Origin: Nitrospiraceae bacterium | GTDB lineage: Bacteria; Nitrospirota; Nitrospiria; Nitrospirales; UBA2166 | Reading direction: 5' to 3' | NCBI GenBank assembly: GCA_002726235.1 | Contig: PBSN01000008.1 | Span: 625,781 to 670,135, forward strand | Length of the DNA: 44,355 nt | Shown here: positions 38,855 through 44,355 of the stretch, one piece after another | Numbering within the stretch: the first letter of the stretch is position 1 | Layout: the number at the start of each line of letters is the position of its first letter | The notes under the pieces: model-generated | Seen by the model: only the letters and a program-made list of their open reading frames with translations | Databases searched by the model: none | What the model was told of the DNA's origin: nothing | Program-made: the position numbers and the translations under genes

Positions 38855-39397
38855 ATGGAAAAAATCACAAACTTCAGCGACTGGGAAACAAGATTTCAAC
38901 AGGTTTATGACCGAGCCATGATCCGATATCGATCAGCCCCTTGCGATGCCAATACTTTATTTCCAGAAGACGATGCGACATTCTTAACCTCCATTGGATG
39001 TACTTCTCATGAATTATATGATTTTGTCGAGGATTGGTGTGATAGCGGAGTTCCCACATTCGAGACGGTACTTCATATCACCACAATTCGGCGAGACTAT
39101 TTTCTCAATGAGCAACAAAACCATCCATCAGCAACCCACGCTCCATTATCATCGTTTCCCCCAATGGATGCGGAATTGGGCGGATATCTATGGCTTCCTC
39201 GAATTATTGCCAAAGCGAAAGCAAAGTTGCGTGGAGAGCTCCCGCCAGAGGTGATGTATAATTGCGGGGGAGACCGTCACTTTTTGAAAACGATAGGACT
39301 GGAAGCCTCGGCTTTCCTCAAAGTCGTCCGCGACGCCAAAGACGATAACCAGATCCTTGATTATGTACAAGAAACAGGAAAATGGCCGGGACAGTGA
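38855..39397 (+). CDS. DUF5069-like protein
   Basis: AAGGAGG SD; LGGYLWLPRIIAKAKAKLRGELPPEVMYNCGGDRHFL matches the DUF5069 pattern as I recall it (not searched). Confidence 0.7.
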   Translation: MEKITNFSDWETRFQQVYDRAMIRYRSAPCDANTLFPEDDATFLTSIGCTSHELYDFVEDWCDSGVPTFETVLHITTIRRDYFLNEQQNHPSATHAPLSSFPPMDAELGGYLWLPRIIAKAKAKLRGELPPEVMYNCGGDRHFLKTIGLEASAFLKVVRDAKDDNQILDYVQETGKWPGQ

Positions 39398-40019
39398 CAG
39401 CTTTGTTGCGCATGTCTGCGAGTGTTAGGGATACTACATCATAGAAATACGCAAACTCTTTCGTGAACGATTTGTAGGGTTGTGTGGATTTAAAAAGAAT
39501 TTGCGCTACCCAATTCTTATGATCCCACACAACCCCATCATTCCGCTGTAGACGATTAAGTAATTACATGTTGGTTTCGCCAACATATTGCACAATGGTA
39601 TGACGACGAAGATCCTCTTGCATCTGTAGCCAGAGACATGGAAAGGCCCTTGGCACGCACTGGGCAACACCGGTCCAAGCAGCAGAACGTACCCAACGAC
39701 TGCTCCTGCAACTCATAGGCATGCTACTGATGGTCTTTAGAAACCGGGACATTCGATAGGCATGTCACGACACAAATTTCAATCACATTATCTCTAATTT
39801 TTTATAGTTTTGGCTTTCGTATTACATATGAAACACATATATGTGTGGCTTCATAGAGGTAACAGACTAAACACCAAATCAGAACATGGATACGCTCCAC
39901 TAAGCCCCCCCACTTGACCTCGCCAGTTTCGTGATTATATATCCCTGATAGATAGACGCTATAGGCGACAGAGGAACAGCGGCCTGTGAACACACCAACG
40001 CTCAAACGAGGCATCTCTC

Positions 40020-42467
40020 ATGGATGATCAAACCACAGTTGCAACGCTCCCCGTCCTTCCGATCAAACGAATAGTGCTGTTCCCTGGCGTCTTGATGCCA
40101 GTCACAATCGGTCGAACCTCCACCATTGCGGCCATGGATTCAGCAATGAAAACGGAAGATAAAACCATCATCGTGGTGTCCCAACGTTCCCCGGAACAAG
40201 AACATCCAAGCATCGACGACCTCTATTCCATCGGAACCAAGTCGGTGATCAAGCAAGTTACGCGAACTGATGGATCAAAAATCCATGCCTTGATACAGGG
40301 AATTGAACGCGCCGTCTTGCTTCGAGTGGAGCAGACTGATCCTTATCTCACGGTACGCTCCCGGCAACTTCTTAACCCATCTGACTCTGGCCCCGAAATC
40401 GACGCCATGCATCGCGCCATCGTCGACTTAGTGCAGGCACTGCCAGATCTCATAGAATCACCAGGAATCCAAGAAGCCGTCTCCTCATTAGTAAGTGACG
40501 AAAAAGACCCCGTTGCCCTAGCCTACCGCGTAGCCTCATTCATGAATCTGACGGTGGCAGGCGAACAAGAACTGCTAGAAGCCCAAACCTGTGCTGATCT
40601 TTTGCGCGGCCTCTACGCTGCATTATCTCGTGAAATGCAAATTCTTCAACTACGCAATAAGATTGCGGGTGAAGTAGAGGCCAAGCTCAGCAAGAGTCAA
40701 CGTGAATATATCCTGCGCGAACAGCTCAAAACAATTCATCAAGAACTGGGCGAGGACGACAGTGAAGAAAACGAACTCTCCCACCTCAGAAAACAGATAG
40801 AAGAATCCGACTTGCCAGAAGCGGTGAGAAAAGAAGCCAATCGTGAGATGAACCGGCTATCAAAAATCCCACCTGCTGCGAGCGACTATCACGTCATTCG
40901 TAGTTACCTTGAAATGCTGCTCGAACTGCCGTGGACCAAAGCATCGCCAGATCAATTGGACCTTGCCAATGTACGCAACGTCTTGGACGAAGATCATTAC
41001 GGGATCAAAGAGGTGAAGGAACGGATCGTTGAACACCTTGCCGTCTTGAAACTCAACCCAGAAGCAAAAGCGCCCATCCTGTGTTTAGTTGGACCTCCAG
41101 GCGTCGGGAAAACAAGCTTAGGCCAATCAATTGCGCGAGCACTTGGACGCGCATTCCAGCGCTTCAGCTTAGGAGGTGTTCATGATGAAGCCGAATTACG
41201 TGGACATCGCAGAACATACGTTGGGGCACTTCCCGGAGGCATTATCCAAGCGATTCGACGCGCAGGATTTAACAATCCCGTACTGATGTTGGATGAAGTT
41301 GACAAGATGGGTCGTGACTTTCGAGGCGACCCTGCGGCAGCCATGCTTGAAATTCTTGACCCTGCACAGAACCACACATTCCGAGACCATTATATCGACC
41401 TACCGTTTGACCTCTCGAATGTTTTCTTCATTACGACCGCAAATACACTTGATTCGATTGCTCAACCTCTGCTTGATCGAATGGAAATCATCCGACTACC
41501 CGGCTACAGCGAATATGAAAAACTTGAAATCGCGAACCGATATCTGTGGCCTCGTCGCCTCAAAGAGTCAGGCCTCGAGAACCAGCCTCTCAACTTTTCC
41601 CAAGACGTTATTGGAGACATTATCAGGAAGTACACTCGAGAGGCTGGTGTCCGCCAGCTTGAGCAAATGTTGGGGAGAGTCACGCGAAAGATTGCCCTGC
41701 AATTGGCCGAAAAATCACAGGAGACACCTGCTGCCATCATCACAGTCACACCCATGCTGATCGAAGAATGGTTGGGAACAGAACGTTTTATGCCCGAAGA
41801 GGCCCGCAAAACACTTCCTGCGGGAGTTGCAACAGGTCTCGCATGGACCCCAGCAGGCGGAGATGTTCTTTACGTGGAAACAACCCTCCTTCCCGGAAAC
41901 CACGATATCAAACTCACCGGTCAACTCGGCGACGTGATGCAAGAATCCGTCCATGCCGCTCGGAGCTATCTCTGGGCGCACGCGGAATCCATGGGCCTAG
42001 ACATCTCGACCTTTAAGCGAAACGGGGTTCATGTCCACGTTCCATCTGGAGCCGTTCCGAAAGACGGCCCCTCAGCGGGGATCACCATGGCAACCGCACT
42101 CGCATCGGCGTATCTCAATATGCCGGTGAGAAGTGATACCGCCATGACAGGAGAAATGAGTTTAAGCGGACTTGTCTTGCCTGTCGGCGGAATTAAAGAA
42201 AAAGTTCTTGCCGCGCACCGAGCGGGGATTCATCGGATCATCCTGCCGAAATTAAACCAGAAAGACCTCAAAGAAATACCCGACGAAGTACTAGCGGTCA
42301 TTACGTTTCTCCCTGTAGAGCGTATCGACGAAGTACTGCCTCTCGCCTTCTCTTCAAACCACGAAGAACTGGCAAAAGACGGAGATCACGACACTACTCA
42401 ACATCTCCATGAAACCCACACGACCCTTGAGGCCTCAGGTCCAACTGCCTCGCCAAATATATTTTAG
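40020..42467 (+). CDS. lon: ATP-dependent protease La (LonA)
   Basis: LON N-domain; LDEDHYG; Walker [19 protein letters not shown]; Walker B MLDEVDK; Ser-Lys dyad PKDGPSAG / GGIKEK. Confidence 0.97.
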   Translation: MDDQTTVATLPVLPIKRIVLFPGVLMPVTIGRTSTIAAMDSAMKTEDKTIIVVSQRSPEQEHPSIDDLYSIGTKSVIKQVTRTDGSKIHALIQGIERAVLLRVEQTDPYLTVRSRQLLNPSDSGPEIDAMHRAIVDLVQALPDLIESPGIQEAVSSLVSDEKDPVALAYRVASFMNLTVAGEQELLEAQTCADLLRGLYAALSREMQILQLRNKIAGEVEAKLSKSQREYILREQLKTIHQELGEDDSEENELSHLRKQIEESDLPEAVRKEANREMNRLSKIPPAASDYHVIRSYLEMLLELPWTKASPDQLDLANVRNVLDEDHYGIKEVKERIVEHLAVLKLNPEAKAPILCLVGPPGVGKTSLGQSIARALGRAFQRFSLGGVHDEAELRGHRRTYVGALPGGIIQAIRRAGFNNPVLMLDEVDKMGRDFRGDPAAAMLEILDPAQNHTFRDHYIDLPFDLSNVFFITTANTLDSIAQPLLDRMEIIRLPGYSEYEKLEIANRYLWPRRLKESGLENQPLNFSQDVIGDIIRKYTREAGVRQLEQMLGRVTRKIALQLAEKSQETPAAIITVTPMLIEEWLGTERFMPEEARKTLPAGVATGLAWTPAGGDVLYVETTLLPGNHDIKLTGQLGDVMQESVHAARSYLWAHAESMGLDISTFKRNGVHVHVPSGAVPKDGPSAGITMATALASAYLNMPVRSDTAMTGEMSLSGLVLPVGGIKEKVLAAHRAGIHRIILPKLNQKDLKEIPDEVLAVITFLPVERIDEVLPLAFSSNHEELAKDGDHDTTQHLHETHTTLEASGPTASPNIF

Positions 42468-42540
42468 CATTTTGGCACGGATAAAATATTTGAGTGACAC
42501 TTTTCTAAAACCTCTCTCTGCGAAGAGGGCTGGTAATTTC

Positions 42541-43152
42541 TTAGTGCAGCCTGTCATGGCGCGGCGGTAGAACATTCATAATATCTGCTTCTTGAGCGAG
42601 TAACTCCCTCCATCTATATTCAACCATTTCCGCGGGAAGATAGAGATTAGCTAATCTTAGATAGAGTTTGTAGTGTCCCGCTTCGGCAACCATCATCTCA
42701 TGGTAAAAGTCTCGCAGCACCTGATCGTCGAGATACTTCCACAATAATCGAAACCGTTCGCAGCTTCGTGCCTCGATCAATGCGCCAACCAACAACTTTT
42801 CAAGCAACTGATCATCACGAGTTCCACCCGTCTTCACGATGGATTGAAGAGCCTTCACATAGCGATCAGCTCGTCGCATTCCCAAACGCAATCCTCTCTT
42901 TCGAAGTTCGTCCATGACAAGCTTAAAATGGTGCCATTCCTCAGCAACGATAGGCGTTAGCTGTTCAACGAGCTCTTCCTTCTCTGGAAATTTAACAATG
43001 AGCGAAATCGTGGAAGACGTCGCTTTTTGTTCACAGTACGCGTGATCGACGAGGATATCCTCTATACTCATTTCAGCGATATTGACCCACGACGGATCAG
43101 TCGCGAGCTTCAATCCAAGCGTGAATGTTTTTGTTCGTTTCGAATGTGTCAT
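42541..43152 (-). CDS. miaE: tRNA-(ms2io6A37) hydroxylase, ferritin-like diiron enzyme
   Basis: DHAYCEQKA, EEWHHF, IEARSCERF, EAGHY. Confidence 0.9.
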   Translation of the reverse strand: MTHSKRTKTFTLGLKLATDPSWVNIAEMSIEDILVDHAYCEQKATSSTISLIVKFPEKEELVEQLTPIVAEEWHHFKLVMDELRKRGLRLGMRRADRYVKALQSIVKTGGTRDDQLLEKLLVGALIEARSCERFRLLWKYLDDQVLRDFYHEMMVAEAGHYKLYLRLANLYLPAEMVEYRWRELLAQEADIMNVLPPRHDRLH

Positions 43153-43206
43153 GCGTTAAAGATATACGGCTTCGACACGTCTCAAACACGCACTGAGCTA
43201 TGTTCT

Positions 43207-43866
43207 CTAGCCGAAGTCACCTGAGCCGTTGGTCAGCACTGAAGGCAGAGCCACGGACTTACGGCTGGAGGTATTACGAGGCGCATTGGCACCACGTGAC
43301 TGATTGAGCGACGGTAGCACGCCAATGAAGCTGAGAAATGCATTACGCGTTTGTCTTTTTGAATCGGTCTTGTTCCAAGCCTTGACCGTTTTTTCATAGG
43401 TCACAGTTTGCTTGTCGTTCCAATGCAACAAACTGCCGAGATGCCGCTTACTAACTTTTCCGTCCATCTCATAGAGGCATGGCACAATTCTACTTAACGA
43501 TAGTCGTTCGACGGCCCCAGTGTCAGACAATGTCACATTGAACGGGTGCTGCCGGCATGTGACCGGCCGATGATCGTAGATAAGACACATGTTGTCTTTC
43601 CCCAGGAACATGCACTTCCCTACCTTCCATTTCAAACCCATCACGGCTCTCCGTTTCCCGAAGCGCACAGCAAAGGTATCTCGTTTCGCAATGGTCAGAA
43701 ATTTATCGTAGAAAAAACGAATAAATTCTCGAGGCGTTTTTCCGGTCCCATCGGCGATGCGATGCACATCATCAGGCGTAATATACACGGCCGTCCCTTT
43801 ACAACAGTTGCCACAACCGGTGCAACGAAATTTGAGAAGCGCGAGCGGATCTTTAAACGGCATCAC
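43207..43866 (-). CDS. YkgJ/UPF0153 cysteine-cluster (CxxCxxCC) protein
   Basis: FRCTGCGNCC...CMFL....CLIYDHRPVTCRQHPF. Confidence 0.88.
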   Translation of the reverse strand: MMPFKDPLALLKFRCTGCGNCCKGTAVYITPDDVHRIADGTGKTPREFIRFFYDKFLTIAKRDTFAVRFGKRRAVMGLKWKVGKCMFLGKDNMCLIYDHRPVTCRQHPFNVTLSDTGAVERLSLSRIVPCLYEMDGKVSKRHLGSLLHWNDKQTVTYEKTVKAWNKTDSKRQTRNAFLSFIGVLPSLNQSRGANAPRNTSSRKSVALPSVLTNGSGDFG

Positions 43867-44355
43867 CCTTACTCCATATGTTCAGGCTCAATGAGCGAAA
43901 GCATCTTAGCACGATCGTCGAAGCATGAAAGTCTTGACAAATAATGTTCCTAAAGCTCCAAAGAGGGTTCGCGATAACGTCTGGAGAAGCAATAAGGCTT
44001 ATGACCGGGTGGTCTCTATTTAATATATCAATTGCAGGAAATAGCAGTTTATCAGCAATACGACAACACGCGGACAGCAACATACAGAATACGTCAACAC
44101 AAAAAACCGCGTAACGTGATGCGACAACATCGTGTGGATAATGCATTAAAAACAAAGAGACTGAAGTATGCCAACGAAAGGTCGTATTCGTTGCCTCAGG
44201 AGAGGAAGCACAGAACTGCGGTGGGTGTCATATATCTTAACCTCGAAAAGTCTTTCCCAATACACCGGAAGCTGCACTAGACGTGGATACCGTCAGCGAT
44301 TGGGCACTGGTTCAAGACATTGCACGGTCGTTTCGGCCTGCTCAAGATCCTCAGC

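Noticed and set aside
39652..39667. Sigma54 promoter upstream of lon (TGGCACG-N4-GGGCA)
   Set aside because: The -12 element deviates from TTGCW and lies ~350 bp from the start; compatible with chance.
44133..44141. Perfect DnaA box (TGTGGATAA), with another inside the ADH gene at 12322-12330
   Set aside because: Isolated single boxes, with no cluster, unwinding element or dnaA/gidA context to suggest an origin.
44278..44355. Possible 3' end of a minus-strand gene entering from the right edge
   Set aside because: Two short open frames are possible and neither has a recognisable motif; cannot be called.

Overview
Bacterial chromosomal window of roughly 50% GC by spot counts. It is most consistent with a Nitrospirota-like nitrifier; this is an inference from the valS-nadC-birA-coaX run, an SmbP-like protein, a DUF5069-like gene and a short MutY. 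About 29 protein-coding genes can be supported. These include housekeeping genes (valS, nadC, birA, coaX, gpmA, lipB, lon, miaE, xth, mutY, an ATP-dependent DNA ligase) and an edge-truncated extended SDR at 1-756 that the ORF track missed. No rRNA, tRNA, CRISPR array or transposase was recognised. Best leads: (1) a ~1170-aa single-chain NfnB/GltD + NfnA/PyrK-like flavo-Fe-S fusion, a candidate one-polypeptide electron-bifurcating transhydrogenase; (2) a MOSC/YiiM + Tat-exported orphan binding protein + DUF5069 operon; (3) a fatty acyl-AMP ligase + SDR pair resembling the start of a bacterial ceramide/sphingolipid locus; (4) two convergent His-rich periplasmic proteins, one carrying an 18-bp tandem repeat; (5) two degenerate copies of a ~120-bp element with terminal inverted repeats; (6) an AT-rich orphan TylF-like methyltransferase. 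All family calls come from motif recognition by eye; no searches were run.
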